Positions 11,145-21,716 of a DNA stretch of 32,000 nucleotides are shown piece by piece. This stretch comes from Bacillus subtilis subsp. subtilis str. 168 (GTDB taxonomy: Bacteria > Bacillota > Bacilli > Bacillales > Bacillaceae). Under the pieces are notes generated by a model. That model was not told the DNA's origin, did not search any database, and worked only from the letters and a program-made list of their open reading frames with translations. The stretch covers positions 2,790,001 through 2,822,000 of the forward strand of contig NC_000964.3 of NCBI RefSeq assembly GCF_000009045.1, read 5' to 3'. Every line of letters begins with the position of its first letter. The first letter of the stretch is position 1. The position numbers were made by a program, and so were the translations under genes.

Positions 11145-12202
11145 TGCTCCGTCCTCATCCGCAAAAAATGGATCATCATTACTTTTAAAACAGCCGTCGC
11201 AGGAACAGCCAGAATCATCCCGACGATACCCGCAAGCTCCCCTCCGGCAAGGAGTGCAAGCATGATAACGACCGGATGCATTTTAAGGCTTCTGCCGACA
11301 ATGAACGGACTGAGGATATTTCCTTCCATAAACTGCAGAATAAACACCGTAATCACCACAACAAGAACCGCCTTGACTGAGATCGTCATCGCAATTAACA
11401 ACGCAGGAACAGCTCCGATGAAAGGGCCAAAATACGGGATGACATTCGTTACCCCAGAGATAAGGCCAAGTATCAGCGGATACGGAAGCCCAAATACCCA
11501 GAACGAAATGCCTGCAATCACGCCAAGAATCAAGCAGACCAAAAGCTGGCCGCGGATATAATCGCCAAGCGAATCATCCACATCCCGCAAAAAGGCGCTG
11601 CCCCGCTTTCTCCACGACTTCGGAGTCAAGTACCATACTGTCTTTTTCATTAACTCAATGTCCTTCACCATATAAAACACGAGAAAAGGGATTGTTGCAG
11701 CAATTAAGAAGTAATCAAGCACATTGCGGATCCCGCTGATCGCACCCTCGATCGTTCCCGCAAAAAACGCCTCCGTCTGGCGGATCATTTTATCTATACG
11801 GTGATGCATACCATCAGGCCAGTCATCCGTATGGTTATGCACATGAAGAAGAAGCCCGTTATACGTTTCGGCAAACATGGGTATATTTTCTGACAAATCC
11901 GTCAGCTGCACGATTAAAACAGGCACCCCTTTATACAACGCCCAGCCAATCCCGCCAAAAAAAAGAACATAAATGACCAAGATGCTCAAAGTCCTAGGCA
12001 ATCCTTTGCCATGCAGCCATTCTGTGACCGGAAGCAATAAATAAGATATAAAAATAGAAATGATCAAGGGAATAAAGATCGTTTTTATGACGAGCCAAAA
12101 GGGTGACCATAACATATCAAGCATAAAAAAGACATAGACTGTTAACAGAACCAGCAAACAAATAGCCACCCACAACAAAAGCTGCACCGGTTTTTGGAGC
12201 AT
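11141..12202 (-). CDS. yrrI: AI-2E family transporter / predicted permease YrrI
   Basis: 353 aa, multiple TM segments; LPYPLILGLISGVTNVIPYFGPFIGAVPALLIA typical of AI-2E/UPF0118 family. Confidence 0.9.
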   Translation of the reverse strand: MLQKPVQLLLWVAICLLVLLTVYVFFMLDMLWSPFWLVIKTIFIPLIISIFISYLLLPVTEWLHGKGLPRTLSILVIYVLFFGGIGWALYKGVPVLIVQLTDLSENIPMFAETYNGLLLHVHNHTDDWPDGMHHRIDKMIRQTEAFFAGTIEGAISGIRNVLDYFLIAATIPFLVFYMVKDIELMKKTVWYLTPKSWRKRGSAFLRDVDDSLGDYIRGQLLVCLILGVIAGISFWVFGLPYPLILGLISGVTNVIPYFGPFIGAVPALLIAMTISVKAVLVVVITVFILQFMEGNILSPFIVGRSLKMHPVVIMLALLAGGELAGIVGMILAVPATAVLKVMMIHFLRMRTEH

Positions 12203-12302
12203 CTGCTTTCACCTCACCTATATCTTTTGAGGTTTACAAGGAATTATTCTTTATGTTTCTTTAGTCAGTCAGAAGTCATGGACATTTTTTCACTTTTAAT
12301 TT

Positions 12303-12344
12303 TCAGAAAAGTTTGATCATTTACTTTTTGGTCAAATTTTCTGA
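12303..12344. repeat. Near-perfect inverted repeat just upstream of the glnQ SD
   Basis: TCAGAAAAgTTTGA (12303..12316) and TCAAATTTTCTGA (12332..12344); 13-bp stem with one bulged G, 15-nt spacer. Confidence 0.75.
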
Positions 12345-12357
12345 TAGGAGGATTGCG

Positions 12358-13086
12358 ATGATCACATTTCAAAATGTAAACAAGCATTACGGAGATTTTC
12401 ACGTGTTAAAACAAATTAATCTTCAAATCGAAAAAGGTGAAGTCGTTGTTATCATCGGCCCATCCGGTTCCGGTAAAAGCACATTGCTCAGATGCATCAA
12501 CAGACTTGAGTCGATCAATGAGGGAGTGCTTACAGTAAACGGCACCGCCATTAACGACAGAAAAACTGATATCAATCAAGTGCGGCAAAATATCGGGATG
12601 GTGTTTCAGCACTTTCATTTATATCCGCATAAAACAGTGCTGCAGAACATCATGCTGGCTCCGGTAAAAGTGCTTAGACAATCACCTGAACAAGCAAAGG
12701 AAACGGCGCGGTACTATCTTGAAAAAGTCGGCATCCCAGACAAGGCTGACGCCTATCCTTCCCAGCTTTCCGGCGGGCAGCAGCAGCGTGTTGCCATCGC
12801 AAGAGGACTGGCGATGAAGCCGGAGGTCATGCTGTTTGACGAGCCGACATCAGCACTTGATCCTGAAATGATCGGTGAGGTGCTAGATGTCATGAAAACA
12901 CTCGCCAAAGAAGGCATGACAATGGTTGTCGTGACACACGAAATGGGGTTTGCCAAAGAAGTTGCCGACCGGATTGTCTTCATTGACGAAGGAAAAATTT
13001 TAGAAGAAGCAGTGCCGGCTGAATTTTACGCGAACCCGAAGGAAGAACGGGCCCGCTTATTCTTAAGCCGTATTTTAAATCATTAA
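12358..13086 (+). CDS. glnQ: Glutamine ABC transporter ATP-binding protein
   Basis: [83 protein letters not shown] before ATG at 12358; 242 aa. Confidence 0.95.
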   Translation: MITFQNVNKHYGDFHVLKQINLQIEKGEVVVIIGPSGSGKSTLLRCINRLESINEGVLTVNGTAINDRKTDINQVRQNIGMVFQHFHLYPHKTVLQNIMLAPVKVLRQSPEQAKETARYYLEKVGIPDKADAYPSQLSGGQQQRVAIARGLAMKPEVMLFDEPTSALDPEMIGEVLDVMKTLAKEGMTMVVVTHEMGFAKEVADRIVFIDEGKILEEAVPAEFYANPKEERARLFLSRILNH

Positions 13087-13107
13087 AACAGAAATGGGGG
13101 AGCTTGT

Positions 13108-13929
13108 ATGAAAAAGATTTTTTCTTTAGCATTGATTTCTTTATTCGCTGTCATCTTGCTTGCCGCTTGCGGCAGCAAGGGATCAAACGGAGAAGCCTCA
13201 AAGGAGAGCAAAAAAGATACGCTAGCCGCCATTAAAGACAATGACAAAATTGTCTTCGGCGTAAAAACGGACACTCGACTGTTCGGTCTTAAAAATCCAA
13301 GCTCAGGTGAGATTGAGGGTTTTGATATTGATATTGCTAAACAAATCGCTAAAGACATTTTAGGTGATGAGAAAAAAGCTCAATTTAAAGAGGTCACCTC
13401 AAAAACAAGGATTCCTATGCTGCAAAACGGGGATATCGACGCCATTGTCGCCACAATGACGATCACTGAAGAACGAAAAAAGGAAGTTGACTTTTCTGAT
13501 GTCTATTTCGAGGCCGGGCAATCGCTTCTCGTGAAAAAAGGCAGCAAAATCAAGAGTGTCGAGAATCTTGGCAAAGGCTCAAAAGTTCTTGCAGTAAAAG
13601 GCTCCACCTCCTCTCAAAACATTCGTGAAAAGGCGCCTGAAGCATCTGTTTTAGAATTTGAAAACTACGCAGAAGCCTTTACAGCCCTTAAATCGGGGCA
13701 AGGCGATGCCCTCACCACAGATAATGCAATTTTATATGGAATGGCTGATGAAAATAAAAATTATCAATTAACAGGAAAGCCTTTTACAGATGAGCCTTAC
13801 GGGATCGCCGTGAAAAAAGGGCAATCTGCTCTCGCGAAAGAAATCAACGCTTCACTTAAAAAGATGAAGTCGGATGGCAGATACGATGAAATTTATAAAA
13901 AATGGATCAAAGAAGACCCAGCTGAATAA
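13108..13929 (+). CDS. glnH: Glutamine ABC transporter substrate-binding lipoprotein
   Basis: 273 aa, lipobox LLAAC, GFDIDIAKQIAKDILG, SBP family 3. Confidence 0.93.
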   Translation: MKKIFSLALISLFAVILLAACGSKGSNGEASKESKKDTLAAIKDNDKIVFGVKTDTRLFGLKNPSSGEIEGFDIDIAKQIAKDILGDEKKAQFKEVTSKTRIPMLQNGDIDAIVATMTITEERKKEVDFSDVYFEAGQSLLVKKGSKIKSVENLGKGSKVLAVKGSTSSQNIREKAPEASVLEFENYAEAFTALKSGQGDALTTDNAILYGMADENKNYQLTGKPFTDEPYGIAVKKGQSALAKEINASLKKMKSDGRYDEIYKKWIKEDPAE

Positions 13930-13939
13930 CAACCATCCC

Positions 13940-13964
13940 GGGATGAGCAGGCGATGCTCATCCC
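13940..13964 (+). repeat. Intercistronic hairpin between glnH and glnM
   Basis: GGGATGAGCA-GGCGA-TGCTCATCCC, perfect 10-bp stem, 5-nt loop, no T-run. Confidence 0.85.
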
Positions 13965-13989
13965 AATTTGATAAGGAGTGAATAGGCAG

Positions 13990-14640
13990 ATGAATGTGTC
14001 AATTCTTTTCGATAACTTCAGCATGTATATGGACGGTTTTTACCATACCTTGCTCGCAAGTGTTATCGCGCTGGCCGGCAGTTTTGTCCTCGGCGTTGCT
14101 GTAGCGGTTATGAGAATAACAGTCTTTAAGCCGCTGCAATGGCTCGGGACCGCATATGTAGAATTCATCCGCAACATCCCTCTTCTTTTAATTACCTTTG
14201 TTTTCTATTTCGGACTTCCAAACGCAGGCCTGAGGCTTGACGGTTTTCAAGCGGGAACGGTTGCTCTCACCATTTATACCTCTGCGTTTATCGCTGAAGC
14301 CATCAGAGCAGGCATCCAGTCTGTTTCAAAAGGGCAGATGGAAGCGGCACGCTCGTCAGGCTTTACCTACAGCCAAGCCATGCTCCATATCATTTTGCCG
14401 CAGGCAATCAAAATCGTCATTCCGCCTTTAGGCAATCAATTTTTAAACTTAGTCAAAAACTCTTCGATTCTTGGGGTTGTGGCCGGATTGGATCTTATGT
14501 ACCAAGCCGATTTAGTTTCGTCGAGCACACTCGTTGTATTTGATGTTTATATTTTTGTGGCGCTTTTTTACTTAGTGCTGACGATTCCGCTTAGCATCGG
14601 TGTTAACTATCTGGAAAAACGGCTGGAAAAAAGCTATTGA
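13990..14640 (+). CDS. glnM: Glutamine ABC transporter permease
   Basis: MNVSILFDNFSMYMDGFYHTLLASVIAL; EAARSSGFTYSQAMLHIILPQAIKIVIPPLGNQ. ATG at 13990 (216 aa) better positioned after GGAG than GTG 13978. Confidence 0.9.
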   Translation: MNVSILFDNFSMYMDGFYHTLLASVIALAGSFVLGVAVAVMRITVFKPLQWLGTAYVEFIRNIPLLLITFVFYFGLPNAGLRLDGFQAGTVALTIYTSAFIAEAIRAGIQSVSKGQMEAARSSGFTYSQAMLHIILPQAIKIVIPPLGNQFLNLVKNSSILGVVAGLDLMYQADLVSSSTLVVFDVYIFVALFYLVLTIPLSIGVNYLEKRLEKSY

Positions 14641-14656
14641 TAAGGAGTGAGTTACA

Positions 14657-15313
14657 TTGGATTTCATCGGTGCTTATTCACAGGAGCATTTAGCGTTTTT
14701 ATGGGATGGCTTTCTCGTCACCTTGTACGTTGCTTTCATCTCCATCATTCTGAGCTTTTTCTTCGGTTTAATCGCAGGCACCCTGCGTTATGCGAAAGTT
14801 CCCGTTCTTTCTCAATTGATTGCAGTTCTCGTTGAAACGATCAGAAACCTCCCCTTGCTGTTAATTATTTTCTTTACGTTTTTTGCCCTTCCGGAAATTG
14901 GGATTAAGCTTGAAATTACAGCTGCTGCAATTACAGCACTAACGATTTTTGAATCCGCTATGCTATCTGAAATTATCCGAAGCGGACTGAAATCAATTGA
15001 CAAAGGACAAATTGAAGCGGCGCGCTCCTCCGGGCTGAGCTATACACAGACCCTGTTCTTTATCGTTATGCCGCAAGCGCTTCGCCGCATGGTTCCGCCC
15101 ATCGTAAGCCAGTTTATTTCTTTATTAAAAGATACATCGCTCGCTGTTGTGATCGCCCTGCCTGAACTGATTCACAACGCGCAAATTATTAACGGCCAAA
15201 GCGCTGACGGCAGTTATTTTTTCCCGATCTTTTTACTTGCGGCCCTTATGTATTTCGCAGTCAACTACAGCCTTTCACTCGCAGCAAGACGCCTCGAGGT
15301 CCGGCAAACATAG
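14657..15313 (+). CDS. glnP: Glutamine ABC transporter permease
   Basis: 218 aa, TTG start after AAGGAG; IEAARSSGLSYTQTLFFIVMPQALRRMVPPIVSQ. Confidence 0.9.
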   Translation: MDFIGAYSQEHLAFLWDGFLVTLYVAFISIILSFFFGLIAGTLRYAKVPVLSQLIAVLVETIRNLPLLLIIFFTFFALPEIGIKLEITAAAITALTIFESAMLSEIIRSGLKSIDKGQIEAARSSGLSYTQTLFFIVMPQALRRMVPPIVSQFISLLKDTSLAVVIALPELIHNAQIINGQSADGSYFFPIFLLAALMYFAVNYSLSLAARRLEVRQT

Positions 15314-15345
15314 AAAAGGATACTCTTTGGAGAGTATCCTTTTTG
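15314..15345 (+). terminator. Terminator of glnQHMP, possibly bidirectional
   Basis: AAAAGGATACTCTTTGGAGAGTATCCTTTTT, strong stem and T-run. Confidence 0.92.
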
Positions 15346-15347
15346 CA

Positions 15348-15479
15348 TTAAAACATTTTCGTAATTCTTCTTCTCATCCGCTTCATGCTTCGATTATTCA
15401 GCATGTCAGATTGAGTCGCCATTCGGTACACGAGAGCTCCGGCTCCCATTGCCAAAAGAGAAGTCATCGTCCGATTCAT
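15348..15479 (-). CDS. yrzQ: Small protein YrzQ, 43 aa (not in ORF track)
   Basis: Manual translation: MNRTMTSLLAMGAGALVYRMATQSDMLNNRSMKRMRRRITKMF*; good SD AAAGGAG upstream of ATG. Confidence 0.8.
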   Translation of the reverse strand: MNRTMTSLLAMGAGALVYRMATQSDMLNNRSMKRMRRRITKMF

Positions 15480-15500
15480 CCTGCGCATCTCCTTTCATGA

Positions 15501-15692
15501 TTAAAAATTGATGCTGCGTTCATCCTCAGAAAACAAATCATCCAAGCTGCTTAACGTTCCGTCTTCTTCCACCTGATGAGTTGCAATCTTCCCTTTCGCC
15601 ACTGTCAGTTCAATAAAACAGCCCCAGCAATAATATTGGTTCACGCCGATTTTGCCGATATCCTTACTTTTGCAATTCGGGCATATAAGCAT
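15501..15692 (-). CDS. yrzR: Small zinc-ribbon-like protein YrzR
   Basis: 63 aa MLICPNCKSKDIGKIGVNQYYCWGCFIEL..., two CxxC pairs. Confidence 0.75.
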   Translation of the reverse strand: MLICPNCKSKDIGKIGVNQYYCWGCFIELTVAKGKIATHQVEEDGTLSSLDDLFSEDERSINF

Positions 15693-15703
15693 ACCTCACA
15701 CCT

Positions 15704-16228
15704 CTATCCGTTCAGAACGATCTCGTCTTTCCGCACCTCGACAAGCGAATCCGCTCTTTGGATCTGGCGCTTGCTTCCCGCCAGGTCAGAAAAGAAACCG
15801 TCCGAGAGTTCATATGCTACGATTATGCCCCTGTCCAAACAAAAGTATACATCTTCCAGCATCCCCAATATATCCCCCTCTTGCGATTTCACAAGCTTCA
15901 TCTTCATCTGCTCGTATGTGAAGCATGATTTCGGAAGAGGCAAAAGCTGTTCTGAACTGACCGAAGCCAATATGCGGTCATCAAAAATGGAAGAGATATC
16001 ACACGCCCGTAATAGCGCATGATGATGATGCAAAAAGCGTTTTTGTGCAAGAATAAACCCAAGACAATCTCCTTTCAGAGAAAAACAAATATCGGAAATT
16101 GTCCCGAGATAACTAGAAGTTCGTTCTGAGTATACTGGGAATCCTTCTACTTCATGGCATGTTCTCAAAGTGTGATCAACCACCTTTTGTTGAACAGGCT
16201 TAGGTTTTGCTTTGCGCCTTAGACTCAT
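15704..16228 (-). CDS. yrrD: PRC-barrel domain protein YrrD
   Basis: 174 aa; HEVEGFPVYSERTSSYLGTISDICFS and GDILGMLEDVYFCLDRGIIVAYELSDGFFSDL look like two PRC-barrel-like repeats. Confidence 0.8.
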   Translation of the reverse strand: MSLRRKAKPKPVQQKVVDHTLRTCHEVEGFPVYSERTSSYLGTISDICFSLKGDCLGFILAQKRFLHHHHALLRACDISSIFDDRILASVSSEQLLPLPKSCFTYEQMKMKLVKSQEGDILGMLEDVYFCLDRGIIVAYELSDGFFSDLAGSKRQIQRADSLVEVRKDEIVLNG

Positions 16229-16254
16229 ACGATGAAATCAATTCCACTGCAAAT

Positions 16255-16283
16255 GAAAAAAAACTCCCGCTTGCACGGGAGCA
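16255..16283 (-). terminator. Terminator downstream of recD2
   Basis: Minus CTCCCG-TGCAAG-CGGGAG-TTTTTTT. Confidence 0.9.
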
Positions 16284-16285
16284 TT

Positions 16286-18682
16286 TTATTGCTGTTCTTC
16301 TTTCATAAAATCGAATGGTGTAATGCCTTCCATGCCAATGTTGGCGTCGTGTACGCTGAACGGGAGCTCTTTTTGCAAAGCTTCAAGCTCGGCATCCATT
16401 TCCTCAACCTGTACGGACAGCCTGTTTTTCAAGGAGGTCTGTCTGACAGTTGCATCATTATTTTTCACGCCCCACTCCAGCGCCTCCTCTTCCCCGCATA
16501 AAATGAGAAATTTCTTCGCTCTTGTAATCGCGGTATAAAGAAGGTTTCTTCTGAGCATTCTATAATAGCCTTTCACAACAGGCAAAACCACAATCGGAAA
16601 TTCACTTCCCTGCGATTTATGAATAGAACAGCAATACGCATGGGTAAATTGATTAAAATCTTTTTTCGTAAATGTCATTTCATTGCCGTCAAAAGAAACG
16701 ACGGCCATGTCTTCTTTTTCTGTATTTTCCTTTGCATAAAATATCGACGTGATTTCGCCAATATCTCCGTTGAACACATTGTTTTCCGGCTGATTGACAA
16801 GCTGCAAAATTTTATCTCCGGTTCTGTAGACAACATCCCCGAACTTCAATTCTCTCCGTTTTTCTTTAGGAGGATTTAAAATGTCCTGCAGCATCACATT
16901 CAATTCATTAATGCCGGCTTTTCCTCTGTACATCGGAGCGAGGACCTGAATGTCCTTTGCTGTATAGCCTTTTTTCAATGCATTGGCGACAACCTTCTCA
17001 ACTACTTCTTTGATTTGCGACCCGCCGCAGCGAATAAAGGAACGGTCCTTTGTCGGGGCAGTCAAATTGTTCGGCAGCAATCCATTTTTCATCTGGTGGG
17101 CAAGCTCGACGATTGATGACCCTTCTGCCTGGCGATAGATGTCTGTCAGTCTCACAGTCGGAATCACCTGGGATGCCAGCAGGTCTCTGAGCACTTGTCC
17201 CGGACCGACGGAAGGCAGCTGGTCTTCGTCTCCGACAATGATGATTTGTATATGATCAGGGATCGCCTTGAACAAATGATTCGCCAGCCATATATCAAGC
17301 ATACTGGCTTCATCGATAATTAACAGCTTCCCTTCGATCGGCTGATCCTCTGTATGAGTAAAGCCTTCAGCGCCGTTCCAGCCAAGCAGCCTGTGTATCG
17401 TAACTGCAGGGAGTCCCGTTGATTCACTCATCCGTTTTGCTGCTCTCCCTGTCGGAGCGGCCAAAACAATCGGAAAAGCTTCATCCTTTTTATAAGCTGA
17501 CGGGTCTAGTGACACACCGTGAAGCTCTCCGTAGAGCTCGACAATCCCTCTGATTACCGTCGTTTTTCCTGTTCCCGGGCCGCCTGTTAAAAGAAGCATC
17601 GGCGAGGAAAGGGCTTTTTGAATCGCTTCCTTCTGGCTGGGGGCATACTGAACGTCCATCCGTTCTTCCAGTTCTCCCAACGCGAGCAAAAACTCTGATT
17701 CGGGAAACTGGTTCTCATATTCGGTTTGGCTAGCGATATGTTTCACACGCTTTGCAACGTTTTGTTCTGCGTAAAACAGCGAAGGAAAATAACAGCGGCC
17801 ATCTTCTATGACAATGTCTTTATTTTCTCCAAGGGCAATAATTGCGTTAGCGGCATCCATTTCTGTAATGCGCTGCCCTTCCCTTGCTGACTGGTTTAAC
17901 AGTGATTGAGTGTCGATGATCAGCTGTTCCGTTTCTATGTACGTGTGCCCCTCTGACAGACAAGTCGTTTCAAGCGTGTACAAAATAGCAGCTTTTACCC
18001 GCTCAGGATGATTACCCGAAAGACCCATTCTGCTGCCCAGCTCATCCGCTTTTCCAAACCCGATGCCTTCTACATCCTTCACAAGCTGATAAGGATTTTC
18101 CTGAATCTTTTCAAGCGTCTCGGATTCATAGGCTTGATAGATTTTCATAGACAGCTGCGGGCCAAAGCCAAACTGATTCAAGGAAATCATGATTTGCTCC
18201 AGTCCCTGATGCCGCTGCAATGCGCCAGCCAGCGTGTCTGCTTTCTTTTTTGAGAGTCTGGGAACATCATAAAGCACTGAAGCATCAGCCAATATTTTAT
18301 TAATGGCGCTGTCGCCCAGCTTTTTCACAATTTCTTCAGCTGTTTTTTTGCCGATCCCCTCGAATAAATCACTCGATAAATATTGAATGATGCCTTCCTT
18401 AGTCGTTGGAATCTCCTTTTTGAAATGCTCCGCCTGAAATTGGAGCCCGAATTTTGGATGGGTTACGATCTTTCCGTAAAACGTGTAGGTCTCTTCTTCT
18501 TGAAGCGCAGGGAAGTAGCCCGTCACGGATACGGCTTTATCTTCAATGGCTTCGGAGGTCTCTGTGACTTTCACTTTCAGAACCGTATATAAATTGGTGT
18601 CATTATGATAGATGACTGTGTTGACTGTCCCTTTTAAATAGGGCTCTTCCTCCAGTTTAAGCTGATCCGGATGCTGCTGCAC
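16286..18682 (-). CDS. recD2: RecD2 family DNA helicase (YrrC)
   Basis: 798 aa; LLLTGGPGTGKTTVIRGIVELY, IIDEASMLDIWLA, IYRQAEGSSIV, HKSQGSEFPIVVLP. Confidence 0.95.
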   Translation of the reverse strand: MQQHPDQLKLEEEPYLKGTVNTVIYHNDTNLYTVLKVKVTETSEAIEDKAVSVTGYFPALQEEETYTFYGKIVTHPKFGLQFQAEHFKKEIPTTKEGIIQYLSSDLFEGIGKKTAEEIVKKLGDSAINKILADASVLYDVPRLSKKKADTLAGALQRHQGLEQIMISLNQFGFGPQLSMKIYQAYESETLEKIQENPYQLVKDVEGIGFGKADELGSRMGLSGNHPERVKAAILYTLETTCLSEGHTYIETEQLIIDTQSLLNQSAREGQRITEMDAANAIIALGENKDIVIEDGRCYFPSLFYAEQNVAKRVKHIASQTEYENQFPESEFLLALGELEERMDVQYAPSQKEAIQKALSSPMLLLTGGPGTGKTTVIRGIVELYGELHGVSLDPSAYKKDEAFPIVLAAPTGRAAKRMSESTGLPAVTIHRLLGWNGAEGFTHTEDQPIEGKLLIIDEASMLDIWLANHLFKAIPDHIQIIIVGDEDQLPSVGPGQVLRDLLASQVIPTVRLTDIYRQAEGSSIVELAHQMKNGLLPNNLTAPTKDRSFIRCGGSQIKEVVEKVVANALKKGYTAKDIQVLAPMYRGKAGINELNVMLQDILNPPKEKRRELKFGDVVYRTGDKILQLVNQPENNVFNGDIGEITSIFYAKENTEKEDMAVVSFDGNEMTFTKKDFNQFTHAYCCSIHKSQGSEFPIVVLPVVKGYYRMLRRNLLYTAITRAKKFLILCGEEEALEWGVKNNDATVRQTSLKNRLSVQVEEMDAELEALQKELPFSVHDANIGMEGITPFDFMKEEQQ

Positions 18683-18706
18683 GAGCTGTCCCTCCTCCTG
18701 TGCCTG

Positions 18707-19357
18707 TTATGATGGATCAATCAGTTTTTTAGCATGAAGCGCAAGCATATGATCTGGCTGGATATCGATTGCCTTGTCCAGCATTTCCAGCGCTTTTTCT
18801 CGGTTTTCTTTATAAGCATAAGTGACACCGGCATTATAAAATGCATCTGCATGCCCCGGGTCTTGCTCTGTCACAGCTGCGAATTGGCTGAGCGCTTCGT
18901 CCAGCATGCCCTCGTTGGCTAAGCACATCCCGAATTGAAAACGCGCTTCCGTATCGTTTTCATTCAGTTCGACTGCTCTTTGTAAATATGGCAGTGCAAG
19001 CTTAGGCTGTTCGAGCTTGACAAGTACCGTTCCGAGCATGTAAAACAGGTCGCCGTTTTCCATCCCCGCACGTAGCGCTTTTTCAAACATGTCTTTCGCT
19101 TCTTTGTACATTTCTTTTACAACATAGACATTTCCTGCTCCATAATAAGCAGTGGCTGCGCTACTGTCTAATTCAAGCGCTTTATCATAAAACGCAAGCG
19201 CACGTTCCAGCTCGTTTACGGATGAAAGAAGGTTGGCAAAATTGATATACGGAATCGCGTCTTCTTTATTTTCTTCAATCGCTTTTGTAAATGCCTCTGC
19301 CGCTTTCTCGTAATCGCCTTCCTGCATCGCCTCTATACCGAGTTGATTATAATCCAC
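18707..19357 (-). CDS. yrrB: TPR repeat protein YrrB
   Basis: Tandem 34-aa TPR units, e.g. DYNQLGIEAMQEGDYEKAAEAFTKAIEENKEDAIPYINFANLL. Confidence 0.9.
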   Translation of the reverse strand: MDYNQLGIEAMQEGDYEKAAEAFTKAIEENKEDAIPYINFANLLSSVNELERALAFYDKALELDSSAATAYYGAGNVYVVKEMYKEAKDMFEKALRAGMENGDLFYMLGTVLVKLEQPKLALPYLQRAVELNENDTEARFQFGMCLANEGMLDEALSQFAAVTEQDPGHADAFYNAGVTYAYKENREKALEMLDKAIDIQPDHMLALHAKKLIDPS

Positions 19358-19378
19358 CGATCATCTTCCTTTCATTAA

Positions 19379-19404
19379 AAAACCCCAACTCAGTGTTGAG
19401 GTTT
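19379..19404 (-). terminator. Terminator downstream of mnmA
   Basis: Minus AACCTCAAC-ACT-GAGTTGGGGTTTTTT hairpin plus T-run. Confidence 0.85.
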
Positions 19405-19412
19405 TTCATCTT

Positions 19413-20555
<1,143 letters not shown>

Positions 20556-20558
20556 TTA

Positions 20559-21698
20559 TTATGTCAGCCGTTTGACAACGTCGGCCACATGTTTGGCAGC
20601 AGTTTTCACTTGCTCAGCCGTATTGCCGAGGCCGAAGCTGATTCGAATAGAGGACGTCAGCCGGTCACTCTCTTCGCCGAACATAGCAGTCAGAACATGT
20701 GACGGCAGGACTGAACCGGCCGTGCACGCTGAACCGCTGGAGACAGCGACACCAGCCATATCAAGATTAACCAGCAGCGCTTCCACTGACACACCGGGGA
20801 AATAAAGATTCAGAACATGCGGCAGACTATGCTCTTTGTCCCCGTTGACCTCGAATGCCACACCTGCATCTCTAAGCGTGTCGGCAAAGATTGCTTTAAA
20901 CGATTGATACTTCTCGTTTTTTTCGTCACGTTCTTCACTTGACAGCTTGATCGCTTCTTTCAGCCCGACAATGCCTGGAACATTTTCCGTTCCGGCACGG
21001 CGTTTTCTTTCTTGCTCTCCTCCGAATAAAAGGGGTGAAAGCTTCACATCTTTACTAGCATATAAAAAGCCTGTCCCTTTTGGCCCGTTGAGCTTGTGCC
21101 CGGAAACAGACAGAAGGTCAATATGGCTGTTTTTCACATCAATTGGCAGCAACCCGAATGCCTGAACAGCATCGGTATGAAAATAAGCTTTGTGTTCCTT
21201 TAACAGCTCACCGATTTCTTCGATCGGCTGCACTGTTCCGACTTCATTATTTCCATACATCACTGTCACAAGGATTGTATCATCACGCAGTGCTTCTTTC
21301 ACCTGTTTTGCACTGACTCTTCCATTTTGGTCAACGTCCAGATACGTTATGTCAAATCCGTCTCCCTCAAGTTTTTCACATGTGTGAAGCACGGCGTGAT
21401 GCTCAATTTTTGTTGTGATGATATGTCTGCCAAGATCTTTTCTTGCAAGTGCGGTTCCCATGATCGCCAAGTTATCAGCTTCCGTTCCCCCGCTTGTAAA
21501 AATGATCTCCTGCTCTGCCGCTCCGATTTCTGCTGCGATCTGCGCTCTTGCTTCATCCACCCATTTTCGAGATTCTCTGCCAAATGAATGAATACTGGAG
21601 GGATTACCGAAACTGCCGGAGAAGTGCGGTATCATTTGTTCCAGCACGCGCTCATCCATCGGAGACGTTGCGGCATGATCTAAATAAATCCGTTCCAT
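20559..21698 (-). CDS. iscS: Cysteine desulfurase, NifS/IscS family (YrvO)
   Basis: 379 aa; MERIYLDHAATSPMDERVLEQM, GTEADNLAIMG, SGHKLNGPKGTGFLY, AVSSGSACTAG. Confidence 0.93.
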   Translation of the reverse strand: MERIYLDHAATSPMDERVLEQMIPHFSGSFGNPSSIHSFGRESRKWVDEARAQIAAEIGAAEQEIIFTSGGTEADNLAIMGTALARKDLGRHIITTKIEHHAVLHTCEKLEGDGFDITYLDVDQNGRVSAKQVKEALRDDTILVTVMYGNNEVGTVQPIEEIGELLKEHKAYFHTDAVQAFGLLPIDVKNSHIDLLSVSGHKLNGPKGTGFLYASKDVKLSPLLFGGEQERKRRAGTENVPGIVGLKEAIKLSSEERDEKNEKYQSFKAIFADTLRDAGVAFEVNGDKEHSLPHVLNLYFPGVSVEALLVNLDMAGVAVSSGSACTAGSVLPSHVLTAMFGEESDRLTSSIRISFGLGNTAEQVKTAAKHVADVVKRLT

Positions 21699-21716
21699 TA
21701 TGTTTACACCTCTGAT

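Noticed and set aside
11041-11561. + strand ORFs over the alaS T-box leader and yrrI 3' end
   Set aside because: They cross a promoter, T-box RNA and antisense coding sequence and have no SD or family signal.
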